A stretch of DNA of 64,000 nt from Candidatus Latescibacterota bacterium (GCA_965205485.1 OZ242180.1:2720001-2784000); one strand, 5' to 3'. Numbered from the stretch's first letter, positions 37,907-48,595 are shown. The notes: a model not told the origin generated them from the letters alone. Translations and numbers: made by a program.

Positions 37907-38158
37907 GGTATCTCACGTTTCACGCTGGTTCCATCCGGACGCGGAAAATTCGAGATCACCGCCGACGGGAAGACGGTCTTCTCAAAACTGAAGGAAGGCC
38001 GGTTTCCTGAAAACGCGGAGATTGTGTCCCGCCTCGCCGCGGGAAAAGGAACCGGCGGACCCGGTTCGGATTCCTGCTGTTCAGATGACGAGCCTGGCAG
38101 CCGCAAAGGCGGGGGGTTCCGCTCCCTCTTCGCGAAGCTCTTTCATAAGGGCAGCTGA
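37817..38158 (+). CDS. Rdx (SelW/SelT/SelH) family selenoprotein, CxxU
   Basis: MDIELVYCAM-TGA(37847)-GYEDEAVSL...PSGRGKFEITADGKTVFSK..GRFPE; downstream hairpin CGTCA-GTT-TGACG. Confidence 0.8.
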
Positions 38159-38331
38159 AGTAGGGGCGACCGGCCGGTCGCCCCTACGAATGCAATGGCC
38201 GCGTGAGGAGGTGTGCGCATCAATGCACGGGGTATTGTGTCCGCATTGAAAATTGGCTATAATTCCGTAATGAGGGTGGAGTAGGGGTGGCCCGGGTGGA
38301 CTGTTCGAATTTCAGATCCGGGGAGGCTGCA

Positions 38332-39003
38332 ATGGTGTATCGTATCTGCCTCACGCTGACGTGTGTTTTCGCACTTGCCGGGTGTTATACGCAGATTCGT
38401 CCGCCCGAATATGTAGCGGAAGACCGTGTCAGTTCCGCTCTGTCTGCGGAAACCGACACTGTTGTCGTGTACAGACAGTACGTTTACAATAGTTTCGATC
38501 CGTACGGGTGGGTGGTGGCGCCGTATTACGAACCGTATTTTCCACGCTATCCGTCGTGGGCGAGACGCGGATTCCGATGGAGACATTCCTACTGGACAGC
38601 GGCATACGGACCGTGGTGGAGGGGGTGGATGCGGCGGGTCCTCGCGCGAGGTCGATTGCCCGCCCCCACGTACAGGTATCGTCCGGTCGACGCGGATCCG
38701 ATCGACCTTCACGAACCGCGCCTGCGCATCAGATACACCGGATTGCGGGGCGGGGAGCACGCGCCCGCCGGTACGGTCCGGAAGGGTAAGGTAAAAAAGA
38801 CGACGCGGAGGCGGCGGGCGCCTGTGGCAAGCGCCATCCGGACCGACTCGAAAACGGAAAGATCGGGCGGCACGTCGAGAACCGCCTCGAAACCGCGCGA
38901 TTCTGGCGGCGGCCAGTCGTCCAAACCGAAAGAAGAAGAGAAGCAGCAGGAAAAGCGTGAGGAGAAGCGCGAGGGCCAGCGGCGCAGAGGGGGGATGCGA
39001 TGA
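38332..39003 (+). CDS. Hypothetical lipoprotein
   Basis: Lipobox LAGC-YT; Tyr/Trp-rich middle; basic low-complexity tail. Confidence 0.7.
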   Translation: MVYRICLTLTCVFALAGCYTQIRPPEYVAEDRVSSALSAETDTVVVYRQYVYNSFDPYGWVVAPYYEPYFPRYPSWARRGFRWRHSYWTAAYGPWWRGWMRRVLARGRLPAPTYRYRPVDADPIDLHEPRLRIRYTGLRGGEHAPAGTVRKGKVKKTTRRRRAPVASAIRTDSKTERSGGTSRTASKPRDSGGGQSSKPKEEEKQQEKREEKREGQRRRGGMR

Positions 39004-40283
39004 AGCCCCTCCGTCCGATCATCTCGATTCTGGCGATAGGCGCCTGGACGGTATCGCTCAACGCGCAGGAGGTTGCGCTCGACGGGTTTTCCGGAATCGG
39101 CGCGCGAGCGATGGGGATGGGGGGCGCGTACGTCACGGTATCGGATGATTTCTCCGGCCTTTTCTGGAACCCGGCAGGATTGGCGCGTGCCCGGCAGGGG
39201 TCCATCTCGTGGGGGATGTCCCACGACCGCTATCGGAACGAGTCGCATTTCTTCAGCCAGACGTCGGCGTTTGAATTAAACAGCACGCGCTTCGCAACGG
39301 GGGGTATCGTCTACCCCATTCCGGTCTATCGGGGAAGCCTGGTTGTTGCGGGAGGATTCGGGCGCGTCCGGCACTTCGACGGCGGATTGCGGATTGACGC
39401 GTACGATGAAGTCGCCGAATACGATAAGTCGGGCTTCTCAGAAGACAGGGGTACCTTCGGCGCCTGGACCATGGGCGCTGCTATCGACGTGGCGCCGCGC
39501 CTGTCCGCGGGAGTTTCGTTTTACAAGTGGCGTGGAACCAACCGGTTCATGCAGGAACTGACGCTTGACGACGTGCGGCAGGTCCACGCGGATACGGTTC
39601 GCATCTTCCAGCGGTTCGAGTCCGACGACAGCTTCTCAGCGCTGGGCGTTCAGGGCGGCATCCGCTACTGGCATCCGTCCGGTTTCCGGCTTGGCTTCAC
39701 GGTTTCCGCGGCAACACCTATTGAGGTTTCGGCTGATCTGGTGGATGAATTCGAAGATACGTTCGACGATCGGAAGGACATCTATCCTCGCGACAATTAC
39801 GCGGACAGATATGAGATACGGCAGCCGCTCTCGCTGGGATTCGGTCTTGGATGGTCTTCGAAGGGATTGACGTTGAGCGGCGACCTGCACTACGGGGATT
39901 TACAGGAAGCGACCTACAGCGTCCTGGCGCGGAACATTACGCCGTACGTCGACGATTTCCGCCGGCAATACCGAAGTGCGGTGCGGGTCCATCTGGGCGG
40001 TGAATACGCCGTTCCCGGCAGGGGTGTGGCCGTGAGGGCCGGATACTATCGCGACCCGGTTCGATACGTGGGAGGCGGATCCGTACCGGAGGTGCGGATC
40101 GAGACGGACCGTGACGCGTGGACGCTTGGGATCGGCGCTGAGCTGGACCGGTACTTTGCGCTGGACCTGGCCGCCGTGATTGGCGGGTACAAACAGACGG
40201 AAGGCAATCGCCAGGACAGGGTGCGTACCATTCGCGCGCTGGTTTCCATGCGCGTGAACTTCGACGCGGAGGCATATTGGTAG
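39000..40283 (+). CDS. OmpP1/FadL-like outer-membrane beta-barrel
   Basis: GARAMGMGGAY..DDFSGLFWNPAGL, VRAGYYRDP. Confidence 0.8.
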   Translation: MKPLRPIISILAIGAWTVSLNAQEVALDGFSGIGARAMGMGGAYVTVSDDFSGLFWNPAGLARARQGSISWGMSHDRYRNESHFFSQTSAFELNSTRFATGGIVYPIPVYRGSLVVAGGFGRVRHFDGGLRIDAYDEVAEYDKSGFSEDRGTFGAWTMGAAIDVAPRLSAGVSFYKWRGTNRFMQELTLDDVRQVHADTVRIFQRFESDDSFSALGVQGGIRYWHPSGFRLGFTVSAATPIEVSADLVDEFEDTFDDRKDIYPRDNYADRYEIRQPLSLGFGLGWSSKGLTLSGDLHYGDLQEATYSVLARNITPYVDDFRRQYRSAVRVHLGGEYAVPGRGVAVRAGYYRDPVRYVGGGSVPEVRIETDRDAWTLGIGAELDRYFALDLAAVIGGYKQTEGNRQDRVRTIRALVSMRVNFDAEAYW

Positions 40284-40369
40284 CGCGGAATACTGAATCA
40301 GATTGGCGAGGTACAGCAATAGCCGCCGTTTGCGAGCAACCGGCGGCAGTTTTTTTTCGCCCGCCTTGT

Positions 40370-40705
40370 TTAAGGTCGCCCATAAAGCACCCGTCCTTCC
40401 CTCAGGGCTCGCGCCACTACGTGGTTGAGAGAATCGCGCCAATATTCCACTCGTTCGCGACTATAAACCAGGATGTCTTTTGGAACGTTAAAATGGGACA
40501 ATGCGTTATAGAGCCTGATCCCTTCGTTGTACCTCAGTTCGCCGTTCTCGAAAGACTCTGACTTAATGACAAGCAGATCCACGTCGGAATCGCTCGTGGC
40601 GTTACCTCGAGCGTGGGAGCCGAACAGGATGACCTGTTCCGGATCGGCTTCGTCGACGATGGTCCTTACCATCTCTTCGAGCAGGGCGTCTGTAACCTGT
40701 GTCAA
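40370..40705 (-). CDS. Minimal nucleotidyltransferase (MNT) domain protein
   Basis: VILFGSHARG..DSDVDLLVI; TTG start overlapping the upstream stop. Confidence 0.82.
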   Translation of the reverse strand: MTQVTDALLEEMVRTIVDEADPEQVILFGSHARGNATSDSDVDLLVIKSESFENGELRYNEGIRLYNALSHFNVPKDILVYSRERVEYWRDSLNHVVARALREGRVLYGRP

Positions 40706-42012
40706 CTCTGCACCTCGTCCGTGTTGGCCTCGCGTATATTCGCGCGGGTTCCGGGGATATCGAAACAGGCGTACTGGTTCTCCCGCATGATCCGGGTCGC
40801 TACTTCGATCGCCTGTTTTTCCGTCATATACCCGTCTGCAATCTCCGCTTCCAGCGCCCGGCGGATCTCGTTCCGTGCCTGAATGGAATACGCCAGTGTG
40901 CCTGTGGGCCACCCGGTATCGCCCCCGAATGCAAACAGCTTATTGGCGGGGACGGCGTGCAGGAAACGGCGCAGAAAGTCCCTCGAACTGTACGGGTCGA
41001 TGCTCCACGCCCAGCAGAGATCGACCCAGATGTTGCGGTAGTGCTTCGCCAGCGCAACGAGTTCATCGCTATACGGATAGGCGATGTGCATCAGGACGAA
41101 ACGCGCGTCCGGATATCGTGCGAACAGCGCGCACATATTCCCCGCGGCGATCCGGCTCACCGGCATGCGGTCGTTCCCGGCGTAGTATCCGGTGTGGATT
41201 TTGAACGGCAGGTTATGTTCGATAGAGAGTTCCACGCCCCTCGCCCAGCACCAGTCCCCGAGGCAGAGACGCGTCTGGACCGGGGCTTCTTCGTCCGGTC
41301 CCTTCAGTAACTTATCGAGCGCAGTTGCCGCCTCCGAGTCGTCCCGTTCCGTCCAGTTCAATGTGCGGTTGTACGCGTGCTGAGCCTTCACCGCGATCGC
41401 GCAGCCGGCGTATTTTGAAAAGATGCCTTCCATCGCCTGCCGGAGGGAGTCGAGCCCCGTCACCTCGATGTTCGTCTCAGCGCAAGTCTGCTCCGGATCG
41501 ATCTCTCCGTTGCAGAACCCTGCCCAGGAGAGGTCGTAGAGGAAAAAATCGAGGCCGGAACGGTCGGGGCGGCAGGCCCACTGGAAATCGTCCGTCTGAA
41601 CGTGATCCAGTCCTGCCTGATCCCGCAGCATGCGAAGGCGTTCGCCGGGCTGCCGCAGTGCGTGGATCTTTTCCTGGGCGTCCGTGAGGGCATCCGCGGT
41701 CAAGACGTCGATGCCGTACACATGCCTGGCGATCAGCCGAACCGCTTCCCCGTATCCGGTAAACTGCGTCGCCTCCCAGGCGTCGCGGATGCCCTCGAAT
41801 CGCCCGGCGACGTCCGCGTCCGACCCGTCCATCAGCCGCTTCACGGCGGCCGGAGGTGCGCCGGCGGTGTGAAGGTCGGCCGGAACGTAGTTGCCGAACA
41901 GGTCCTGCAGAATGTCCGGGCCGTCGTTCACCCATTCCGGCTCTTTCCGCAGATGCTCGTGCGTATCGACCAGTGCGATTTGCTCTACATGATGGCTCAG
42001 GTCGGTGTTCAT
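40702..42012 (-). CDS. Amidohydrolase family protein
   Basis: DTHEH, IHTG, LMHIAYPY, FGGD. Confidence 0.85.
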   Translation of the reverse strand: MNTDLSHHVEQIALVDTHEHLRKEPEWVNDGPDILQDLFGNYVPADLHTAGAPPAAVKRLMDGSDADVAGRFEGIRDAWEATQFTGYGEAVRLIARHVYGIDVLTADALTDAQEKIHALRQPGERLRMLRDQAGLDHVQTDDFQWACRPDRSGLDFFLYDLSWAGFCNGEIDPEQTCAETNIEVTGLDSLRQAMEGIFSKYAGCAIAVKAQHAYNRTLNWTERDDSEAATALDKLLKGPDEEAPVQTRLCLGDWCWARGVELSIEHNLPFKIHTGYYAGNDRMPVSRIAAGNMCALFARYPDARFVLMHIAYPYSDELVALAKHYRNIWVDLCWAWSIDPYSSRDFLRRFLHAVPANKLFAFGGDTGWPTGTLAYSIQARNEIRRALEAEIADGYMTEKQAIEVATRIMRENQYACFDIPGTRANIREANTDEVQS

Positions 42013-42044
42013 TCGATCGTCCCCACGCCGCTGCCGACGAGCGT

Positions 42045-42647
42045 TCAGGTCCCGGTCCAGGGCGGAAAGAGTTCGTGTTCGATGCCCAGCAGATTCAGAA
42101 TCCGACCGGCGATGAAATCCGCCAGGTCGTCAAAGGTCTCCGGCTTCTGATAGAACGCCGGCATGGCCGGCAGGATGGCGGCACCCGCCTCCGCGGCAGC
42201 GGTCATGTTGCGGAGGTGGATCAGGTTCATCGGTGTTTCCCGGGGGACCAGTATCAGCGGACGCCGTTCCTTGAGCGTGACGTCCGCCGCCCGCTCGATC
42301 AGGTTTCCGGAAGCGCCGTGGGCGATATTCGCCAGGTATTTCATCGAACAGGGCACCACAACCATGCCGCGCAGGCCCACGGACCCGCTCGCGACAGGCG
42401 CCGCCATATTGCCGATCTGGTGAACGATCACGCGTCCGTTCGCAATATTGGCGCCGTACCTGTCCGCAAGGAAATCCTCAAACTCAGCCTGCTTTCCTTC
42501 GAAGCCCGCTTCCTCTCTAAGCAGCATCCAGCCGAACCCGGAGACGATGAGATGAACCTCGTCTCCGTTCATCAGCAGCGCGCGCAGGGTGCGCAGCGCA
42601 TAGATCGCCCCGCTGGCGCCGGTTATCGCAACCGTCGTCCGGTTCAC
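42045..42647 (-). CDS. ubiX: Flavin prenyltransferase
   Basis: [32 protein letters not shown]. Confidence 0.92.
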   Translation of the reverse strand: MNRTTVAITGASGAIYALRTLRALLMNGDEVHLIVSGFGWMLLREEAGFEGKQAEFEDFLADRYGANIANGRVIVHQIGNMAAPVASGSVGLRGMVVVPCSMKYLANIAHGASGNLIERAADVTLKERRPLILVPRETPMNLIHLRNMTAAAEAGAAILPAMPAFYQKPETFDDLADFIAGRILNLLGIEHELFPPWTGT

Positions 42648-43504
42648 CGCCACAGCACGTCTCCAAGCGTAAAGACGAAAAAGACGGCGCTGATCGCGGC
42701 ATTCACGTTCATGAACGCCACGCCGAGTTTTGAAAAGTCGTCAGGCTTTACAAGCCGGTGCTCGTACACCATCAACCCCGCCACGACGACGAGTCCAGCC
42801 GCATAGATAACTCCCAGCCCGAAACGCACCCCCACCGCGACCATCAGAAGAAAGGAAATCGCGTGCAGGGCCCGGGCGATGGCGAGCCCCCGGAGCACGC
42901 CGAAACGTTGCGGAATCGAATTAACCCCGTGTCCGCGGTCAAACTCGACGTCCTGGCAGGCGTAGATGATATCGAATCCGGACACCCAAGCCAGTACAGC
43001 GCCTCCCAGAAGCAGGATCTCCGCGTCCAGACTTCCGGCGATCGCGATCCAGGCGCCGATCGGCGCAACCGACAATGCGAGTCCGAGAAAGAACTGCGTG
43101 CCCCACGTGAACCGTTTCGTATAGGAATAGAAGAAGACAATGCCCAGGGCCACGGGCGACAGCGCGAAACACAGGGTATTCAGCCTCCAGGCCGCCAGTA
43201 CAAGCGCCGCGGAGGAAAACGCGACCAGCACGCGCACGGCGGCTGGAGAGATCCGGCCCAGCGGCAGTTCGCGGGCCGCGGTTCTGGGATTCGCCGCGTC
43301 CATCTCCCGGTCCACCAGCCGGTTGAAGCCCATCGCGGCGCTCCTGGCCCCCACCATCGCCACAACGATCCAGAACACCTGGGCCAGGCTGACGTCAAAC
43401 TCCAGAGCCGCCAGCGCCGCGCCGCTGAACGCAAACGGCAGGGCGAACACGCTGTGCGAAAACTTGATCATGCGCCCGTAGGTTACAATCCGTTCAACGA
43501 GCAT
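42644..43504 (-). CDS. UbiA-family polyprenyltransferase (MqnP-like)
   Basis: [36 protein letters not shown]. Confidence 0.9.
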   Translation of the reverse strand: MLVERIVTYGRMIKFSHSVFALPFAFSGAALAALEFDVSLAQVFWIVVAMVGARSAAMGFNRLVDREMDAANPRTAARELPLGRISPAAVRVLVAFSSAALVLAAWRLNTLCFALSPVALGIVFFYSYTKRFTWGTQFFLGLALSVAPIGAWIAIAGSLDAEILLLGGAVLAWVSGFDIIYACQDVEFDRGHGVNSIPQRFGVLRGLAIARALHAISFLLMVAVGVRFGLGVIYAAGLVVVAGLMVYEHRLVKPDDFSKLGVAFMNVNAAISAVFFVFTLGDVLWR

Positions 43505-43548
43505 GGGTGGGTCCCAACCTGTACCCGTCCACTCGCACAGAGGATCCG

Positions 43549-44631
43549 CTATCGCGGTCCGAGCGCGGCGTTGACAGTTTCATCGATTCGAGACATCTCG
43601 TCGTCCGTCAATTCCACGCCGGCCGCGTTCACATTGTCCTCCAGATGCCGCATTTCCGTTACGCCGGCGATGACGGACGGCACCTGCTCGTTGGCCAGCA
43701 GCCAGGCGATCGCGAGTTGAGCAAGGGAAATCCCCTTCGCTTCCGCAACCGCGAGCAGCCCTTCAACGGCCTCCAGGTAGGGTTCGGTCAAGAACTCGGC
43801 CTGGTCGCCGTCGTCTATGATCCGACCGCTGGCGTCTTCCAGACTTCCCTTGCGGTACCGGCCGGTGAGCAGGCCGCTCGCGAGCGGATAATAGGGAATC
43901 ACGCCCACTTCGGCCCTGGCAGCCGCCTTCAGCAAATCAGCCGCGCGGCCGCCGTCCTCGGCCGCGACCGCATCCTGCTGTACGAGATTGTACCGGTTCT
44001 GCACGGCCACAATCCGCCGCGAGACGTCCTTGCCCACCTTTTCCAGCGTCGCGACCACGTTCGCCATCTGTTTCGCCGAATGATTGGATACCGCCAGGTA
44101 ACGCACCTTCCCCTGCGTGACCAGATCGTCGAACGCGCCCCAGGTCTCCTCGATCGGCACCCGGTAGTTTCCCTGGTCGTCGGTGCCGTTCTGGTGCAGG
44201 TAGAGCAGGTCGATGTAATCCGTCTGCATCCGCTCCAGACACTTGTCTACCCCGAAGTGGATGTACGTCCGGGAAGCGCCGAGCTGATTCGGCGTAAAAT
44301 CGGCCTCCATGGCGTGCTCTGCGCGCACCGGGTTGTGAATCTTGGTTGCCATGACCACCTGCTCCCTGACCGAACGCGGGCGAGAGGCGAAATAGCGCCC
44401 CAGCAGGCGTTCGGAATTTCCCGATGCCAGGTTGTATGAACATGCCGTATCCCAGTGAAAGACCCCCAGTTCCAGGGCGCGGTCCAGGACCTCGAACCCC
44501 TCGTGGTCCCCGATGCGGGATCCATCGTACACGGGATCGCCCCATTTCCACATGCCCAGTCCTACCACGGACACGAATAGACCGGAATTCCCAACCCGCC
44601 GGCACGGCATGCCTCTGAATTCTTCTGCCAT
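43549..44631 (-). CDS. Aldo/keto reductase
   Basis: DTACSY, SERLLG, DYIDLLYLH, PYYPLASGLLTG. Confidence 0.9.
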   Translation of the reverse strand: MAEEFRGMPCRRVGNSGLFVSVVGLGMWKWGDPVYDGSRIGDHEGFEVLDRALELGVFHWDTACSYNLASGNSERLLGRYFASRPRSVREQVVMATKIHNPVRAEHAMEADFTPNQLGASRTYIHFGVDKCLERMQTDYIDLLYLHQNGTDDQGNYRVPIEETWGAFDDLVTQGKVRYLAVSNHSAKQMANVVATLEKVGKDVSRRIVAVQNRYNLVQQDAVAAEDGGRAADLLKAAARAEVGVIPYYPLASGLLTGRYRKGSLEDASGRIIDDGDQAEFLTEPYLEAVEGLLAVAEAKGISLAQLAIAWLLANEQVPSVIAGVTEMRHLEDNVNAAGVELTDDEMSRIDETVNAALGPR

Positions 44632-44793
44632 TTTTCAGACCTCCATTGATTGAATTTGTAACTATCCTCAATTCACAAAAGATAACAGTCAATTTGGCTG
44701 AAAAAAGCCTGAATGCGGGTAGAGGGTAGACCAAAAGCGGTGAGAGGGGAGCCGGTAGAGGGTAGAGAACCACGCCCCAGCCCACCACTTGGT

Positions 44794-44906
44794 GAGACGT
44801 AAGCCGGGAGAGGTTAGAGATGTCCTGCCTCGTGAGGATTCTTTTCGTGCCGAAGGCAGCGAGGAATTAAATGTCGGGCGAGGATATCATCTACCGTCTA
44901 CCCTCT
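44794..44906 (+). repeat. Diverged ~113-bp intergenic element, copy 2, within GGTAGAG/CTCTACC heptamer tracts
   Basis: Blocks shared with 37527-37639. Confidence 0.6.
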
Positions 44907-45036
44907 CACCTCTACCCGCCTTTCTTCTACTGTCTTACGTCTCCCGTCTACCCGGTTATCTCCCCCTCTTCCGTCTCCCGTCTCCCTGCTTTTCGGGCGC
45001 CGGGGGGAGATGTCCCCAAAGACTAACGAATCAAGG

Positions 45037-47856
45037 TTAAGCGGACCGGATACGCGGATGTCGATTGTGCCAATCCGTCGCCTGCTCGTACGCCAGGCCG
45101 GCGGCCAGAACGGTCGCTTCGTCGTAGAGGTTCCCGATCAGCGTCAACCCCAGGGGCATCCCGTCCACGAAGCCGCACTTCAGCGTGAGGGCCGGATGTC
45201 CGGTGAGATTGGTTGTCGCGAGACTCGCCCCGGCTCTACCGGGCGCCAGAAGCACGTCCCAATTCGCCATCAGTTCCTCCATGTCGCGAATCATCAGGGA
45301 ACGAACCTGTTGCGCCCGCAGATACTCGACTGCCGGCACCATACGAAAGCTGCGAAATACCGTGGGCCAGGAACTCTTGTCCGCATCGCTCATGGCGTCC
45401 AGTTCGCCCGCCCGGGTCGCACTGTCGAACGCGGCCGCCGCCTCCACGCACAGCATCATCGACACCGCGCCCTGCGGAAACGCCGGTAGCGTCACCGGCT
45501 CTACCCGGAGTCCCAGTTCCTCAAACCTGCAAAACGCCTCCTGGTAGACGGCGCGGTCATCGGACGACGCCATCGCATCGAATTCAGGCTTGATATAACC
45601 GATTCGCAATGCCTTCGTGTCGGTTGCCGCGGGCCAGTAGAACGGCGCGTCCACCACGGAACGGTCTCTCCCGTCCGGCCCGCGGATCGCGCTGAACACG
45701 GCCGCGCAATCTTCAACGCCGCGGCACATGGGGCCGAGTTTATCCATGGTCCAGGCAAGCGCCATCGCGCCGTACCGGCTTACGCGGCCGTAGGTTGGCC
45801 GCAGCCCCGTTACCCCGCAGGTGTGGCTCGGCCCCACGATGGAGCCCAGAGTTTCCGAACCGATGCTGAAGCCGACGAGGCCCGCGGCGGTCGCCGCGCC
45901 GGGGCCGGCCGAAGACCCGCTCGAGCCGGTTTCCGTATTCCAGGGGTTCCGGGTCATTCCGCCAAACCAGTGCGGCCCGTTGGCGAGGGCTCCCGTTGAG
46001 AGTTTGGCCACGAGAACCGCGCCTGCATCCTGAAGCCGTTCCACAACAGCCGCGTCGGTTTCAACTGTCTGTTCCCTGAAGGGCGTGGCGCCCCACGTGG
46101 TCGGGATTCCCTTTGTGGCAAGCAGGTCCTTGGCGCCCCAGGGAATCCCGTGCAGCGGCCCCCTGTACCTGCCGGCCATGATCTCCGCTTCCGCGGCCTT
46201 CGCCTGCGCCATCGCCAGGTCGTCGGTGAGCGAAACCACGCAATGCAACGCGTCCCCGAACGCGTCCAGACGTTCCAGGTAGAGCCTGGCGAGTTCCACG
46301 GGAGACACCTGCCGCGTTTCTACCAGGCGGGCGAGCGCGCTCACGGGTAGAAAGGCCAGGTCCTCCCGGGATTCCGGTCGCTCGATCGCGGAAGCCGTCA
46401 ACCGGAACGGGCGCTGTTCTCCGGATGGCGGCGGCTTCACGCCGGGCAGGAATATCGAGGCCGGGCTCACGTCGTAGCCCACGTCCACGTCGCGAAGTTC
46501 CCGGTAACGGAGACGGTATTGCTCCACGTCCCGCCTCATTTTCCCACGCTGTTCTTCGGTAAAGCGGATTCCGCTCAACTGCTCCGCGCCCGCGACCCGG
46601 GCGTCGACCACGGCTGCTTCCGCCTCCGCGATGCCGTTCAGCGATACAAACCGGATCTCCGTATCGATATCCGGGCTGCAACCCTCGCCGATGTGCCCGT
46701 GCGTATAGACCAGACGCGGTACGTTCACGCGGTTGTGTCCGGTCTGACGTTCGAGGGCCGGCAGCCAGTTGGATGCGTCAGGTTCGTCCGCCGATATCCT
46801 GTAGGCCGAAAACGTCTCCCCGCCGTCCCGCGACGTAAACAGCGCGATCTCGTTGGTGGAATCCGACCAGCCGCCGCCCCGCCGGCACACCGGGACCGCG
46901 GCGTAGATCACGCCGTCGTCCGCGATGCTGAGCGCGCACACGTCCGACATTTCGCACCGTCCGAACAGCCGCTCCGCCCCGGGCATCAACGAAACGACCC
47001 GCCAGTCGTTCTTTCCCCTGGTGTAGACAAACGTCTCCGCCACGTCGTTCTCGCGGCGATTCAGCGTAAAGCAGAGCGTTCCCCTGGCGCCCGTTACGAC
47101 GTTGCCCATACGGACGTCGAGACCTTCGTCGAATTCGATGATGCAGGGTGAAGCCGGGGTTGTGGGGAGGTCGAGCGCGCGTCCGTCGACGGTCTCCCAG
47201 TTCTCGCCCCGGTCGCGGGACCGCATCACGCCGAATCCCCTGCCGCGCGTGTCGCCATAGTCCGCTTCAGTTGCCCGCACGATGTGATAGGCAAGGTAGA
47301 GCGTTCCGCTCCCGTCGATGTGAAGCGCGTTCTCGAACTGCGTATACGCGGGAGGTCCCTTGGGGTCCACGAGCTTGACCGGGTCCGTCCACTCGCCACC
47401 GCCGGTTTTCTTCTGATACACCAGCGACCAGGGTCGTTCCGCGGCGTACGAGCCGCGGTAACAGGCATGCAGCGTATCGTCCGCGTCGCAGACCAGGCTC
47501 GGATAGGTCGCCGTGGATCCTCCGAACGAAGGCTGTTCCACCCACGACGTTGAGGTATTGGGACGTCTGCTCACCACGTGACGCATCGGATTGTGATGGG
47601 GACCGAATGCCAGGTGCAGGTAACCCCGCGAATCCATTGCAAACGCCGCGCCCGCGTGGTTGTCATCCCCGGTTCCCACGTAGACCGGCCTGCCCCAGCG
47701 CCTGGTCTTGTGGTAGTAGGTCCGCACATAGATCTTGCAGATCTGATCCAGCCACGCCACGTGTGTCTTGCCCGCGTGGGTCAGGATCTTGTTGCTCATG
47801 GTGTACGCGGTTCCCCGCGTTGATCCCGTAACGGAAAGCACCTTGTGCCTCATCAT
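45037..47856 (-). CDS. Fusion: BNR/Asp-box beta-propeller plus amidase-signature domain
   Basis: N-terminal DDNH, ATYP, SRDRGENW, SRDGGETF; C-terminal GPLHGIPWGAKDL, GSSGSSAG, GSETLGSI. Confidence 0.8.
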   Translation of the reverse strand: MMRHKVLSVTGSTRGTAYTMSNKILTHAGKTHVAWLDQICKIYVRTYYHKTRRWGRPVYVGTGDDNHAGAAFAMDSRGYLHLAFGPHHNPMRHVVSRRPNTSTSWVEQPSFGGSTATYPSLVCDADDTLHACYRGSYAAERPWSLVYQKKTGGGEWTDPVKLVDPKGPPAYTQFENALHIDGSGTLYLAYHIVRATEADYGDTRGRGFGVMRSRDRGENWETVDGRALDLPTTPASPCIIEFDEGLDVRMGNVVTGARGTLCFTLNRRENDVAETFVYTRGKNDWRVVSLMPGAERLFGRCEMSDVCALSIADDGVIYAAVPVCRRGGGWSDSTNEIALFTSRDGGETFSAYRISADEPDASNWLPALERQTGHNRVNVPRLVYTHGHIGEGCSPDIDTEIRFVSLNGIAEAEAAVVDARVAGAEQLSGIRFTEEQRGKMRRDVEQYRLRYRELRDVDVGYDVSPASIFLPGVKPPPSGEQRPFRLTASAIERPESREDLAFLPVSALARLVETRQVSPVELARLYLERLDAFGDALHCVVSLTDDLAMAQAKAAEAEIMAGRYRGPLHGIPWGAKDLLATKGIPTTWGATPFREQTVETDAAVVERLQDAGAVLVAKLSTGALANGPHWFGGMTRNPWNTETGSSGSSAGPGAATAAGLVGFSIGSETLGSIVGPSHTCGVTGLRPTYGRVSRYGAMALAWTMDKLGPMCRGVEDCAAVFSAIRGPDGRDRSVVDAPFYWPAATDTKALRIGYIKPEFDAMASSDDRAVYQEAFCRFEELGLRVEPVTLPAFPQGAVSMMLCVEAAAAFDSATRAGELDAMSDADKSSWPTVFRSFRMVPAVEYLRAQQVRSLMIRDMEELMANWDVLLAPGRAGASLATTNLTGHPALTLKCGFVDGMPLGLTLIGNLYDEATVLAAGLAYEQATDWHNRHPRIRSA

Positions 47857-47893
47857 TCTCACCCGTCTTGCGCGTACGCCGCGACAACCCGTG

Positions 47894-48595
47894 TCACGCG
47901 TCCGTCCGGATTCTTGCCACCCAACCCGACGTGGCGTCGCAATAAAGGAACCCGCCATCGTAACCGGAGAGCCCGTGAGGCTCCGGATCGGACGGCGGGA
48001 CATGGATGCGATCCAATTCATCGCCCGTGCACGGATCGAGTTTTACGATCACACGATCCGAAGTGTGTACGATCCACACCCCGTTCTCAACGCGAACAAC
48101 GCCGTGCGCCCGTCCGTACGGAAGGGGTAACACCCGCTGAATCGTCCAGTCCGAGATACGTACTTGCGTCAACGTCTGGTCCTTCAACGTGGTCAACCAC
48201 AGCGTTCCGGTCTCGAACGAATCGTACTCCAGCCCGTGCGTGCCGCCGCCGCCCGGCAGCGGCCATCGCCCCAGGGTATCGCCGGTCTCGGGATCCACCC
48301 GCAGAATCTCGCCCGAATCCGCGTCCGCGTCCCGGGGCGTTCTCCACTTCTCCGCCGAACCGTTGGCAGCCACCCAGAGCGATCCGTCGCCCCAGGCCAG
48401 CCCGCTGGTGTTGGACGACTCGGTGGACAATTCGAACCGCATCCGCAGCATCCCGTACTCGTCCGCATCCGAGACATCCAGAATGGCGGCGCGGTCCGTT
48501 ACCTGGTCGACCAACCATATTCCGTCGCCGGTTGCCTGCACGCCGTTGGGCATCCCGTACGGCGCTCTGAACCAGCGTTCGATTTTCGCATCCAT
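47894..48595 (-). CDS. Hypothetical beta-propeller protein
   Basis: Repeats PNGV, TSGLAW, THGLEY, AHGV, PHGL. Confidence 0.65.
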   Translation of the reverse strand: MDAKIERWFRAPYGMPNGVQATGDGIWLVDQVTDRAAILDVSDADEYGMLRMRFELSTESSNTSGLAWGDGSLWVAANGSAEKWRTPRDADADSGEILRVDPETGDTLGRWPLPGGGGTHGLEYDSFETGTLWLTTLKDQTLTQVRISDWTIQRVLPLPYGRAHGVVRVENGVWIVHTSDRVIVKLDPCTGDELDRIHVPPSDPEPHGLSGYDGGFLYCDATSGWVARIRTDA

